Source of the DNA: Hydrolagus colliei
Taxonomy: Eukaryota
Direction of reading: 5' to 3'
DNA: 64,000 nt
NCBI GenBank assembly: GCA_035084275.1
Contig: CM068756.1
Span: 1,178,001-1,242,000 of the forward strand
Below the pieces are notes generated by a model. The model did no database searches. It had not been told where the DNA came from and worked only from the letters and a program-made list of their open reading frames with translations. Both the position numbers and the translations under genes were made by a program. This document shows, piece after piece, positions 26,647 through 39,511 of this stretch. The stretch's first letter is position 1. The number at the start of each line of letters is the position of its first letter.

Positions 26647-29304
26647 ATTGAAAAGCCATGGTCTGGATTTCGTACCAATTGTACAAGGAGGTAGCACTGT
26701 TTCCTTGAATGCATTAGTAAAGGAATTCAGTTTCACTGTAAAATACAAGGCTTGTTAGTTATTCTCGTTTCTGGTTCAGAAATTCCTCTTATTTTGAAAC
26801 TACTTAAGATAGAAATATCACTTTTTTTTTTATTCGCAGATATCATTTAATTCAGTCCCCTCCATTTGGTGGAACAAAATGTGCAACTTTAGATTTCTTT
26901 TAGCTGTGCCAAGCAAATTTTCAAATCAAAACCTTATCCAGACCTAGCTGAACAATTGAAACAACTAGAAGGATGTTAAAAATATATTAGTAGCGTGCAA
27001 CAAATAAAATTGGAAAGTTAAGAAACTGTGAAGCATTTTTCTAAGGTTTATATAGCATCGAAGAGGCAGAAAACAACAGTTGCCTTCACATAATACTTTT
27101 AAATGATTTAAACTGTCTCAAATTATATAAGCCACTTTGCTATCTCATGATACTGGTATCTATTGCCACTGGTATCTTAGTATTGACCATTCTATTGTCT
27201 TTTTAAAAAGAGCTGTCCCTAATGGTACAAGAAAATGTCTACCACTGTTTTTTAAACAACAATAAAATTGCTTTTATTCATCCTTTTCATATCAATATTT
27301 GTCATTAAACTAAAGATGCGTATGACTTGGTCCAGTGATCATTGTAAGGGAGCATTTTTTATGAAAAGGTTAGGGATAGGCCTTCTCCTTTTCAGAGACG
27401 TGACATGAACGTTTTCTGCTCCCTTAAGTAATTTCTCTACTTTTCCTTCGCATATGCAGTGCTCACATGAACACCTTCCTCATCAACTGAAATGGTGAGA
27501 CAATACGGTTGTCGGCCGTCATCTTGGGTGATATTCAAAAAGAGCTCTTGAGTGAGGCTGCGTTGGAAATGCAATCCTATGTAAAGGACGCTACGTCAAT
27601 GCAGATTATCATTATCGTTGTTGCAGAATCTTTCTCCCAACTACGTTCCTGCAAAATACCGCAAAATGCACCCGTCCGCCTAGGACAAGGTTATCCTGAA
27701 TGCAATTGAGATACTTAACTTGCATCTTCCAGCTTTTATATTACTTTTATTGCTTGCTGTCTCATAAAAAAAATTATCCCAAATCCAAGCCTACACTGGT
27801 AGGGGACATAAAATCTGATTTGAATCTACCTTTTTAACCCATCTTTTTGGCTTCTGAGATCCTACAAAGAAACAAATGTATTGTGATGATGGTGATAAAT
27901 GAGGCCTGACACGTGTATAGTTCCGTCCCAGATGTTCCCTATTAATGTAGAATAAGTGACATTTGTTGCTGTTTGTTGCTGGTCCAATATACAAAAGGAT
28001 CAAAAGGCTTTCACGAGCATTTTGAAGACCGCACTAACAGATGTGCTGTTACCTGAATGTGGTGAGCAAAATAAATCCAGACTAATAGATTCCTCCAAGT
28101 GAGTTACACGACTGTAATCTAATTGAGGGATGCAGATGACATCATAACCTGAGAGAGTGAAGCTCGAGTGATTTATAAATGTCATCTGAACCTCAAGATT
28201 AAATTACAGCCTTCAACTCGCTCTGCGATCGTTGCCATTTGATATAACGTATGGAATTTTTGTGTTACTTTTTTTCCTCCCCCTTAGTGTTTTCGGGCGA
28301 GTTCCAGGACGCCTTGCCATTTTCGGAAGCATTCCGACATCTCAGTGCGGTGCCAATTAACATTCGCAGAAAGGTATTATATTCCTCTCTAATGTCATTA
28401 ACTGCAAAATTTACCGCCAAGTAAAGCTGCCATGAGATTGCAAGGAAATTCCACAGAAACATTTCAGCAAATGTGTGCGTTCTATTAAAATCAGAAATCC
28501 AACTGCAGGTCAGCTGTGTATTATTGCCATTTGAAATCATTCCACGAGTTGACTGCTGGAGATAGACAATAGGGTCTACATTTAATAACTTGTGACAGAC
28601 TAGAATTCTTTTATCACTTGTTTCCTTCATTAATAACTTGAACTGTGCTGTTGTTTGGGTCTGCTGGGAGAAACCTTCTTGTGAATTTGTGAGAGAGGGA
28701 TATAAAGGATTCAATATCTTTGAAGTGAATGCTCAACTTTCCATCCAACCCATTACATAATTGGTGAGGAGAACTAATTTCCTGCACATATTTTAGTTTA
28801 TTTTTAGCGGTATCATTCTTAGGCCGTTATTTTTCATCCGACATTCTGTATGTTTCAAAGTTGACAATCTGTTTTGAATATGTTTAATAATGCAACATTA
28901 GACTCAAGATACTAGCTAATAGAAACCAAATTCTCCTCATTTTTAGAAATGTGCAATTACCATAGAATAGCTGCTAACAAATCCATTATCAATTTATTTT
29001 TGCATAAAAAAGCAATTTGCCATGAATACGGCAGCAAAGATCTTTGTCACAAAGGCACACGTCCCCAGCACTTCCTTCGTGCTCCCCAGTTGCTACTAAT
29101 GAGTTGATTAGTTTACTTTAACTTGTTTCCTCCCATCTCTCCAACATAGGGACCTCCTCACTTTCTAGACTTGTTTCCCTGGTCTGAAATCATCAACCAT
29201 CAATGCTCAAGATGTGGAGGACACAGTAATCACTGACCAATGCTGAGCGCAGAAGAATTTGGTTGCGTGTTTAAGGCACTTTTTAGAACATGGACAGAAC
29301 AGAG

Positions 29305-29550
29305 CATTTAAAGATCCCAAAGCACTATTCAAAAAGAGGAGGGAGTTGCTTCCAGGGTCCTTGCAAACAATCGCCCAAGTGAAATTAGTTATTTACTATG
29401 TGGCTATTTGTGGGACACTGGTGTGTGTAAATCGGCTGCTGTGTTTCCTACAAACACACAATCACTCAATTTCACAGTAAATCCTGTGAAATGCTTTGGG
29501 ATGTCCCCCTGACGTGCAAGGTTCTTTACCGAATGCAAGTAATATTATTA
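29305..29550 (+). mobile_element. Older DeuSINE (SacSINE1/AmnSINE1-like central domain)
   Basis: aaagatcccaaagcactattcaaaaagaggagggagtt...gtcctt...tttgtgggacact...ctgtgaaatgctttgggatgtcc tail. Confidence 0.8.
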
Positions 29551-29901
29551 CTGTCAGCAATTGAGCATTGACCTTAACAGCTCAGATCTTCCTGATCTGT
29601 GTGGCTATGGCAGCACTGAGCAATGCCTTCAGCGTCTGAAACCAGCCATCACGCGAGCCCGACTTTAAAATGCTCTTTAAATCCTCCCATTTCCCTACGT
29701 CTACCTGAATGTTCGGGAAAAGTGCTTTCGCAAGAAATTATTCAGCAAATTTCATATCCAAGCACACAGCAATGCAATTTAAGTGTACACAATGTATGTG
29801 GTATTCAGATGAGAACTTGAAGATGGAGTCCTAAAGTCCAATTCTGTGAGTGTCTTAATAATTTTATGCTTCCGTGGAATAGAAACAGATTATACTATAC
29901 T

Positions 29902-29974
29902 AACAGCAACAACAACAACAAACAACAAAATTACATTTATAGAGCGTCTTTCACGTTGGGAGGACATCCCAAGG
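29902..29974 (-). mobile_element. Short L2-type tail (left member of inverted pair)
   Basis: (AAC)n aaaattacatttatagagcgtctttcacgttgggaggacatcccaagg. Confidence 0.85.
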
Positions 29975-30152
29975 CATTAATTGAACATGCTGACAAATCA
30001 AACGGGATTTTGCAACAAAAGAGAATTCAGCCAGTTTACCCTCAAGACCCTGTGCCTTCAGTCTCCCTCCTATCCTCTCTGCCCTCCCTCATCCCAACCC
30101 TGCCTGCCCCCACCACCCCCATGATTGGATCCTGACCCCTGACTGTTCAGCT

Positions 30153-30225
30153 CCTTGGGACATCCTCCCAACATGAAAGGCGCTCTCTCAATGTAATTTT
30201 ACCTGGTTGGTTGTTGTCGTTGTTT
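30153..30225 (+). mobile_element. Short L2-type tail (right member of inverted pair)
   Basis: ccttgggacatcctcccaacatgaaaggcgctctctcaatgtaatttt...gttgttgtcgttg. Confidence 0.85.
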
Positions 30226-31513
30226 ACAGCACTCAGTCCCACGTTTTCACTAGCTGGGTAAAGAACTTCCTCTTAAACTCCCTCTTAGATCTGACACTGG
30301 ACACCCACTTTCCAGGACACCACTCGTCTAAACGATATCACCTCTAAACAATATCTCAGGACACAAGCAAGTCAGCTTGCTGGCTTGGCTTTCTCTTGCA
30401 TGTGAGCAATGCGATTTTGACAGACAACAAGAAAGTTTGCACCTTCATGTTAGGAGCCAGTGAGATGATTAACAGCAAGTAGGCGCTTGTTTCAAATGCA
30501 ATTATTGATTTTTCCTGGCAGTCCAGTGATCACATGCCCGTCCATCTCCCCACATTCCGTCAAAAATAAATGCCCATCCTTTCTGTGGTAACGTCATTGG
30601 CCGATTGCTGCCTATAGCCCAACAGCTATCTTTGCAGTAACCTTATTTTTTGACATGTTTTCTACAGGGAATTAACCCTCAAAAGTGCTACTGGCAAGAT
30701 AGCTTGTTTTCAGTCGTGACTCAACTTCCTGCACCGCTGACAAGTTTTCTCATCGGGCGGTCAGATCGTAGGACATCAGCCCCGAAAACCACGCCACAGT
30801 TTGACTGCGTAGCTCCAGTGACATGGTGAAGTCAAAGCAAAATGCTCAAGGAACTGTTTGGATTTAAAATGCAGAGAAGAAAAGAAGAAAAGGCAAAATA
30901 GGGAAGGAGAGAGAACAGTACATGAAAAAAAGGCTGTGCAAAAATGTAATTTTACTTAAAGTTACTTGAAACTGTACATGTTCCAATAATAAAGATGCTC
31001 TTAAACATCTCTGGTTTAGGGCTTTTCTCAGCATCAAACATATATTTTTAAACTGGAAACAACAAACTCCACCGATCTGCTATGGGTTAAAAGGGATGTG
31101 GTTGTCTTGGTGCACAATGAGTAAAACTCCAAATAAACAACTGGGAGAGCGGCACTGAGCGAGACATGTCTGTGTGTTGGCTGTGGCCTTACAGGCAAAT
31201 TTGAAATGCGGTCGATATCTTCAACTGTTACATAAGAGCTAAGTAAGTCTATTGGAATGATCGGGGTTCATATCATTTAAGAGGAATGCAAATGTTGCAG
31301 ATTTTTAGATCATGCAAGAAGTGATACCTGCTTCTCACCCCAGAATGTGCGCAGTCCTATAATTTGAACGAGGCGAACTACTGAGACCTATGGCATATGT
31401 TTTCCAGTTAACATGAGTGTTGGATAATAAGCAGGTAATACTAAAATGGGCAAAAGGGTTCTGTCCAGCCTCTCTATCAGCTGGTTCCTGGAATCCACCC
31501 TGTTTACTTTTAT

Positions 31514-31762
31514 TTTAAAAAACACACAAAATACTACAGACGCTGGGAATTTGAAACACAAACAGAAGCTGCTGGGGAAACTCAGCGGGTCAGGCAGCAT
31601 CCATGGAGAGAGGAAAGCGAGTCAACGTTTTGGGTCCACGATCCTTTGTCAAAAACTCAAACGACCCTCTGACAAAGGGCCGCGGACCCGGAACGTTGAC
31701 TCGCTTTCCTTTCTCCATGGATGCTGCCTGACCTGCTGAATTTCCCCCAGCAACTTCTGTGT
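31514..31762. mobile_element. Fold-back (palindromic) Penelope-like terminal-repeat insert with degenerate hammerhead motifs
   Basis: Arms of ~90-98 bp (about 31554-31651 and 31670-31768) around an 18-nt spacer. 14-bp direct repeat CTGTTTACTTTTAT at 31500-31513 and 31763-31776. Arm motif gatgctgcctgacctgctga...ccagca recalled from shark Penelope-type repeats. Confidence 0.78.
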
Positions 31763-31964
31763 CTGTTTACTTTTATGATGCATCAAGCAAACACCAATGA
31801 TGACACTGAAACACTGAAGCCGTGTGAACTCATTTCCGAGCAGTTGTTTCTAAATCAGGATCCATAACTTTTGACCCTGGTTCAGGGGAAGATTCCAGAT
31901 GAGGTGGTTTCAATAGTTCACCGTCTGTTTTTACACACAACAGAAAACAATATTACAGATGCCC

Positions 31965-32246
31965 TCGTTCACACGAGACGTCAAACTAAGATCTTGTCTC
32001 CCTGCGGCAGGTGGAGGTGAAAGATCTCATCACACTAGTCGCAAAGAGAAGGGAGTTTTTCCCTCCAGCCCTGGCCAACCATCCTCTGGAAAAAATGAAT
32101 CTCTCACTCATAATTGTGTGCTGTTGCTGTGGACAAATTAACTACAAAAGACACAGTCGCCACACTTCACATTAGATCCTGTGAGTGATGTCCCCCTGAA
32201 GTGAAAGGCGCTGTATCGGATTGCAAAGATTATTATTATTATTACT
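31965..32246 (+). mobile_element. Older DeuSINE fragment
   Basis: gagacgtcaaac...caggtggaggtgaaagatctcat...gagaagggagtt...cctggccaac...gtgaaaggcgctgtat...gattattattatt. Confidence 0.8.
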
Positions 32247-33097
32247 ATGAACTAAAAACTGTTAAGTAAAATGAATCATGTTTTCCTCCACAATTCACAC
32301 ACTCATGTCGGTTCCAACAGAGGCCACTAGATTGTGAGGAGGATTAAAAATCCCGGCTCAAACCTTTTCCTTCACTCAGTCACTCAGGAGCATTGATTTC
32401 TCCCCCACTACCCCCCCCCCCCCCCCCCCCACCCGCAACACCAGTTAAGTAACTTAAAACCAAAGAAAGGATCCAATATTTGTGGAGAAAACAAACTTTT
32501 GTTCAGGAACAGAAGAACTGAAACAGACAATAGTTCGATAGTTTAACAATTTCTATGATGGAATAGAATTCCTTTTTATAAAAGCAACTGTGAAAAAAAA
32601 CCTTCAAATACAAAATTGTGGAATAGCCCTGTGATTAAAGTGAACCAGCGTTTAACTTGGCCAGTCCATACAAGTCCGTCCTTGGCCTTTGGATCCTGTT
32701 TCTTTGACTGTCACATCTGCCGTCTGTGATGTCAGGCTCAACTCAGGCAAAGCAAACAAAACCAGTTTCATTTCTGGCTTCTGTTCAGCTCAGCTCCATG
32801 TACAGCACAACCGGTTAATAATTCTGCTTTCCCAGTTGTATTTTTACTTCTTTTTCCTGCAATAAGTGTGATTGACCAGCTGATGTGAAAAAAAATTGCA
32901 ATTCATTCCTTTTTTTAAACTAGTGGGTGTTAATGATACGTATTCTAAATCTGATTTAACTCAATTGTTTTATTCCCGTATTGCTCGCAGTCCAGCTTGT
33001 GGGTTAGGATGACTGTCATTCCTGCATCATCGCCCACATCCATATCATTGTGTGAAACAAACCTAGCTATATATATATATATATATATAACTATGTT

Positions 33098-33393
33098 AAT
33101 AATAACCCTTGCATTTGATCTAACATTTTCACATCTTTAAGACATTTCAAAGCACTTCACAGAATATACTGTAAAGTGAATTGATTGTATATTTGTGGGT
33201 GAAACGTGGCAGCCAATTGTACAAAGCAGTGTCCCACAAAGTCATGGATTTAAATAACCAATTTATTATTGTATTTTTTTCCAGGGATTATTATCAGGCA
33301 TGTGGAGTAAGGAAATTTGCCCAAGCTTTCGCCCTGCAAACCCAGGTCTTTCACTTGTATGTCAAATGCTCTAACCACTGAGCTACAGAATTC

Positions 33394-33396
<3 letters not shown>
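33098..33396 (-). mobile_element. tRNA-derived Deu-domain SINE, near full-length, between (TA)n/(CA)n tracts
   Basis: Minus strand gtggaattctgtagctcagtggttagagca...Deu core...gcaagggttattatt. Confidence 0.92.
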
Positions 33397-33427
<31 letters not shown>

Positions 33428-33479
33428 GGAGACATTCTCCCGATGTGAAAGTCACTACACAAATTTTTGCTGTTTATAG

Positions 33480-33692
33480 ATGAATAGAGAAGGGAGTTTC
33501 TCCACGTGTCCTGGTTACCATCCCTTCTCCCCTCTCTCATAAAATTGAGCAATCAATTCATTGCTGTTTTGGGAAAATTGACTGTCAGCTTGTCTACAAA
33601 ATACATAGACACCACTTTACAGTAAATCCTATGAATCATATTGAGAGATTCTCCCAATGTAAAGGCGTAATATCAAATGCAAGGATTATTTA
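33480..33692 (+). mobile_element. Older DeuSINE fragment
   Basis: gagaagggagtttctccacgtgtcctgg...cattgctgttttggga...tatcaaatgcaaggattatt. Confidence 0.75.
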
Positions 33693-34221
33693 GTCGTTGT
33701 TTAATTGTGAGACCTTAACTCAGCTAACTCAGCACAGACTACTCGTGTGCAGGCGCCGAGTGGATCCTGAAGTCAGAGCGAAATAATTCCTCAAGTTGAG
33801 GAAATTGCAGCTTTACATAGCTTTTGTTCATACTATATCAATTGAAAGACCAGACTATTGTCGCAGGGCTTCGTGCAATAGCAAAGCTCTCATTCTGATT
33901 GCAACTTTGTCGATGGTTATCTCTGGTTAGATAAAGAGTGGATTTTGAATTACTGGAGGCCACACGGTGCTCGGAGTGGGTCAGACAGATATACAGTGTG
34001 AACTGATATCAGCTCACATTAGTACACACCAAACAAGGGATCTTTTCAATTTGATACCCCTTGAACTTTGATAGGATAGTGTTGGTAAAAGAGTGGAAGG
34101 TACACAAGTTACATAAAAAGGGGGCGTTACTGTTTCTTATTGATAGAGAAACAACCCTTTCTGTAAGAGGCTCTTTTAATTTTGCTGCCTAATGTTCTAT
34201 TCACAGCAGTAGCCTTTGCCT

Positions 34222-34278
34222 AAGTGCTTTGAGATGTCCTCCCAACGTGAAAGGCCATCTAAATCTAAATAGTATTAT
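34222..34278 (+). mobile_element. Short L2/SINE 3' tail
   Basis: aagtgctttgagatgtcctcccaacgtgaaaggc. Confidence 0.7.
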
Positions 34279-35149
34279 ACTGTAGGATTGTTCACACAGG
34301 TTAGTGTAGTTAATGCAGATAAAAATGCTAAATCTTTGCCAAAACCCAGATTTGATCTTTTTTTTTTTAGGGGTCGTTCTTATAGCAAGCGAGAGATTCA
34401 TTAAAAGGGTGCTTTGTGGAGGAGTAGCACTTTAAGACATGATTGTGGAGAGGTTTCGCTCCTGAAGCGGCAGAGCTCAGTGTGTTGCAAAATGCCCTTT
34501 ATTCCTTCCCTTGTTGCTGTACCATTCCTGACAGCGAGAAGTGTACAGACACAAAGAGTTGGCGAATGTGCAGCTCCTGAGGAACAGACATCTGGGATTT
34601 TTCCAGGGTATTACCAGTAATCTTAATAAGTGTTTCTCTTTGTAATACTCCTAATCTGTTTCTAAATGGTACTCACCAAATTTTAATGCGAAAAGGCATT
34701 TAATGAAACAAAATGGATATCCGATGACTTCAGTCATATCTCATTAACACATTTTGCAACAGGTCACTGTATTTTTAGTTTCGCGACCATAAATATTTTG
34801 TGATAGGCCGGCTGTTCTTCTGATGGACAGATTATATAAAGATCAGTGCTAAGGATATTTGATTGCCTGGTAGCATGAAGTGGGGGGATGAATGATACGA
34901 TACCATGACAGTTATAACAGTGAAATCTCATAAAGGTTCCTCTCAGTCTGAGCATTCATGCATGTGGCATTTGCCGCTAGGTTGGCTGTAGTGTTGAATA
35001 ATATGCATGGTGATGGCTTGCTGATCCTATACAATTCGAGATGGTGGTGCATTTGAAGGTGTCTTTGCACTGATAGAATTGATCACATCTCGCGAGGCCA
35101 GAACTTCCACCTATCGTTAACCTGGGAGACCTTTTCCACTCACAAAATC

Positions 35150-35264
35150 TTTTCCACCCACAAAATACACAGTCAATCCACTTTCCAATACATTCTGTGA
35201 AGCGCTTTGAGACGTCTCAACAATGTGATATGGTGCCATAACCAATCCTAGGATTGTTATTGTT
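35150..35264 (+). mobile_element. SINE 3' fragment
   Basis: cacccacaaaatacacagtcaatccacttt...ctgtgaagcgctttgagacgtctc...aggattgttattgtt. Confidence 0.82.
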
Positions 35265-38264
35265 GGTAAAAACGTGGGATCACACAGAACTGAGGGACAC
35301 TCTTTAATTCAGCTTCACAATGAGGAAGCCACTTTTCTGCAGTTCTTAAATTTAAAGAACTAAATCACAGGCCAAGACTAATCAGGAGCTCCAGCCTTCA
35401 TTGAGACCTGGTCAAGAACTCTGTGAGGCAGGTAGCAGAGGTATTCAGGCCTAACCAATCAATCTTTAAAAATAGCGATCACTTCAGTGCTTGGTTGGGG
35501 AGAGAGAGAGACAGGCTTTCCATGTTTTGTGACTCAAAGAGACAATAATTCAGTTTACCCCATTGAGGCCATTTCATTATTACCTTCTGATAAGATCATT
35601 CATCTCTTAAATTGACAGTTTATACTTAAAAGGATTCCGTGCACACCAATCAAAATCATATTTTGCATGCTATGTGGAAACGTGTAGAGGTTTACTGACC
35701 ATTTGGGGATACGGGTTAGTGGGAGAGCGTGACAGTGCCACTAACGAAGGTGATTGATTTGTTACGTTCAGTTCCATTCAGTTTCTTCTCACTACAAACC
35801 CTAAACTACCTGAAGGTATGTATGTATGTATATATATATATATACGATATATATATATATCTATCTAGGGTGCAAAAAAGTTTTGGATGCTGCGATCTAT
35901 TATTTGAATCTGATTTCATCCGCAACAAAAAGAATCCTTTTCCTCTTGAATAAAAATTTTGCTTGGCAAAACTGAGTTGATCTTATCAGGATTGAACTGT
36001 GCTCAAACTGTTTCAGTAGTCCCACTGAAGGATCGGCCTTGACAGACCACAACTACTGTGTATGCAGTGACACATGTAATACAACTGAGCTTTACAATTC
36101 TGTTTTCGCTGCCAAAACCTAAAGAACAACGATATAAGAGAGATAAAGCAAATGGTTTTACTCTACTGTGCTTCGGTTGCCAAAATTATTCTATTCTGGT
36201 TAAGAAAAGATTTGGACAATCCATGAGGATTATATTTATGTGGCACAGCCAGATCTGAAGCTGGAGGAATATATGAGTAAGCTGAGCGCAGGCTCCTGTT
36301 TCAAACACCTGGTCTCCATTAATTTCACATCCCCATATCCATGCATCCTGTATTGGACTGGTATGTAAATTAAGCCACAGGCGCTTTAATCTTTATATCA
36401 TTAAACCGGTAAAAGGTCAACATGGAGTTGCAACACATTTTTTCTCTGAATTCTTAACAGCAGACTGACTGGAGTGGAAATCAAGGCCTGCCAGTATTTA
36501 AAAAGAGAACAATTATAGTATTAAGAACCCACTTTTCTCCTGGCCCTTTTCCCAGTGCTAAATGAAACTGTACCTTTGTGCCTCATGTTGAAGTTATTTA
36601 TTCTCCTAAGCTTAGCTGATCAAAGGGACTGCTAAAGCAGGAACAGATAGACAGAGCTAATAGGTACTGAAAAGGCATTAAAATCTCATTGTTGCCAAAA
36701 CATATTCCCTATTCATTTGAAAAAAATGAAGCATTCCTTGCACATATTAACCTAATTATTTGGGGAAAAATGATCAGCTCTTGTGTGCGTAGCTAATGTA
36801 TTTCTGTCAAGGTCTATTTCTCCTCAGTTTTTCTCAAAGTCTTTCTGATGTTCTTCATTTAGGAATAAATGAAAACAGAAGTTGTTGTGAAAACGAGGAG
36901 AGCTGCTATATGTTTCATGGTGTAAAAAAAAACTTTGCTGTCTGCCAAGTACAAAGCCCCCAAAAAATTTAATTCCACCCCTCTGAGGCCTGTAACTAGG
37001 TTGTGGGGTAAAACAGCACATCTATAGAGAACTTGCAGTAATATATAAACTTCTGAACGTTATGCTTTAAAGGTCAACATACGTCATAGTGCAAGGTTCG
37101 TAGGGAACAGATCCAAACCAATATATACGGTGAAATAATGGGGTCTTAAAGCAGGATTTCTAAAGGGATTCCTCAACAGAATGGAACAGGGTTCCATGAG
37201 TCATTAGCATCTTTTAAGTATCTTGGTAGACATTCCATATTTTAGATCCCAATAAATGAGGGTATAAACTGCTCTGTCCTGAGCAACATTGTTTGTTTGT
37301 TTTTGCTGTAAGATACAGAGATTTGGAGGGCTGTGTGACCTTATTTTTTTTTTTGCATTGGCGCTCTGGCACTAAAAGGTCAAAGTGATGGTATGAACGG
37401 TATCTGAATCAGGTTCCATTTGCCAGGAACTCTGATAAACCAGAATAAACCAAATTCAGATTGATTTCGAATCTAATTTATTTCGGAGCTCATGCTTCGC
37501 ATTGATACACGAGTGGGTACAATGCTAAAATATTTTCCCTTCAGAGTCACAGAATGCTTAAGAATGTGCGGCCACACCTGAAAACCAAGCGCTCTGAGTA
37601 TGCAATGTACAAAATGCCTGAAGTCAAGGGCTAATGAGATTATCTGACTGTAACCTGAGAGGTAATATTTTGACACTTGTAGCCAGAAAATTGAGGTCTA
37701 TTTAAAAACACAACTCCCTTCCTCCCACCGCTGGAAGCCTCTTTTCTCGATACTGTTCACTTAAGGCAGAATGGACGGAGGTTGTTGAATGGTGGATTAT
37801 ATTCGGTGATGGTCCCAGTTACCTATTCCTATTTCTCATTAGTCACTAATCAATCGAGTATCAATCAGTCCAAAACTTGAACTAGGATCTCAGGTTTCAC
37901 TGATAATACCCGCAAGGGTGTCTGGCCATCAAACAATCAACGTTTGTTGTTACTGGAAGGTCCACGTAGAAGGAACACTGATAGTTACTACTTAAAGAGG
38001 TGACACGTTTGTAGAAAAGTGTTTGGAAAACCCTATTTACATTTGATTAAAAACACGCAGCGCGAAAATCATGTAAATGCCATGCCAAAAAGTGTCTTGC
38101 AAAAATGTCTCCTCATAATTTTCCTGACCAAGTTGCCATAGATAGCAGTTTAGGAAGACGAGCGATACTTCCACATATGCAAACGCTAGAACAAATGACT
38201 GGGCTATGTCGATCCAACATTCTGAATCGAAAATTGAAGTAAGAAAGATAATAATCTTTATATT

Positions 38265-38534
38265 TGATCCAGGCCGGTCAGGGCGAAACCTTGGGCAAAT
38301 TTCCTTACTCCACAGGCCTAATAATAATCTCTCTAATAAAATCGGTCATTTCAATCCACGACTGTTTGTGGGACACTGCTGTGCACAATTGACTGCTGCA
38401 TTTTGCCCACAAATACACATATACACAAATATAGGCGCAAATATATATGGCACTTTACAGTGTGTTCTGTGAAGCACTTTGAGACGTTTAGAGGACGTGA
38501 AAAGCACTATATCAAATGCAAGGATTATTATTAT
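38265..38534 (+). mobile_element. Deu-domain SINE, 5'-truncated
   Basis: ggtcagggcgaaaccttgggcaa...gactgtttgtgggacactgctgtgc...gtgaaaagcactatatcaaatgcaaggattattattatt. Confidence 0.92.
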
Positions 38535-38597
38535 TGATATAGTGCCTTGCAAACTGGCTGCCATGTGTCACCCACAAAATACATTTCATTTAGGAAT

Positions 38598-38760
38598 TGC
38601 GGCCAGAACACCAGGAGAAATTCCCTTTTTTTCTCCCCGAAAAAGTGCCAATGGGATCTTTTAACGTCCATTTGAACAGATGGGACCTGGGATTAATACC
38701 TCACCTGAAGGACGGCACCACCAACAACGTGGAGCTCCCTCAGCCCTGCATTGAAGGTTG
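38598..38760 (-). mobile_element. Older DeuSINE central domain
   Basis: ggccagaacaccaggagaa...agtgccaatgggatcttttaacgtcca...cctcacctgaaggacggcacc...ctccctcag is the reverse of the Deu domain. Confidence 0.8.
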
Positions 38761-39477
38761 GTGGAGTCCCACAAAATGCTATTAAAGGGTGGTTTGCTGC
38801 TGTCAGCTACTTGTTCACTACTAGGTGTCTCTGAGCAGTAAATCATTGCCAATATAGAAAACCTATGATTTGAAAGGAAAGACACATCTGTAGCAATGCA
38901 GTTTTCACCCTTATGACATTTTACCTATTATAGCTGCTCAAAACTTATCACCACAGTAAGTGTCAGATTCTTCCACTTTCCTTTAAACATTAAACAAAAT
39001 TACTCCTGGTTTTGTAGGCTCGGTATTTCTGTCGGAAACCCAAGGTTCCGATTGAAGAAAACAAAAGGGACTGAAAACAACAGCAAATAGGAATCATTCT
39101 CATTAATGAGGTGTCCACAAGATGAGATTCAATTGCCACGGCATTGACAGAAATAAAACCCTCAAATGCCAGTGAACAATACAACACAATAATCTAAATT
39201 GAACCGTCTCAAAATGCAATATAAAACAAGATAGTTTTTCTACATTAAAAAGCAATGCCAGGGAGTTTCATTGCCTCTTTTTTTTCCTTAAGATCAGACT
39301 TTGTGTCTTTTGAACCTTTATTTATTCGAACATTAGCGATTATCATTACTTTTATTAGCACGTTAATGCTACAGGGTGATGCTAGGCTTTGCAGTGTTGA
39401 TGGTTCCTATTCATAAAGCTTTTGCTGATCCAATGAAACATATTCTCTGCATCTTTTTAGTAAAGAGCCATTTGTAG

Positions 39478-39511
39478 AATTGTTACTGAATTGTACAATT
39501 CAGTAACAATT
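39478..39511. repeat. Perfect 34-bp palindrome
   Basis: AATTGTTACTGAATTGTACAATTCAGTAACAATT equals its own reverse complement. Confidence 0.97.
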
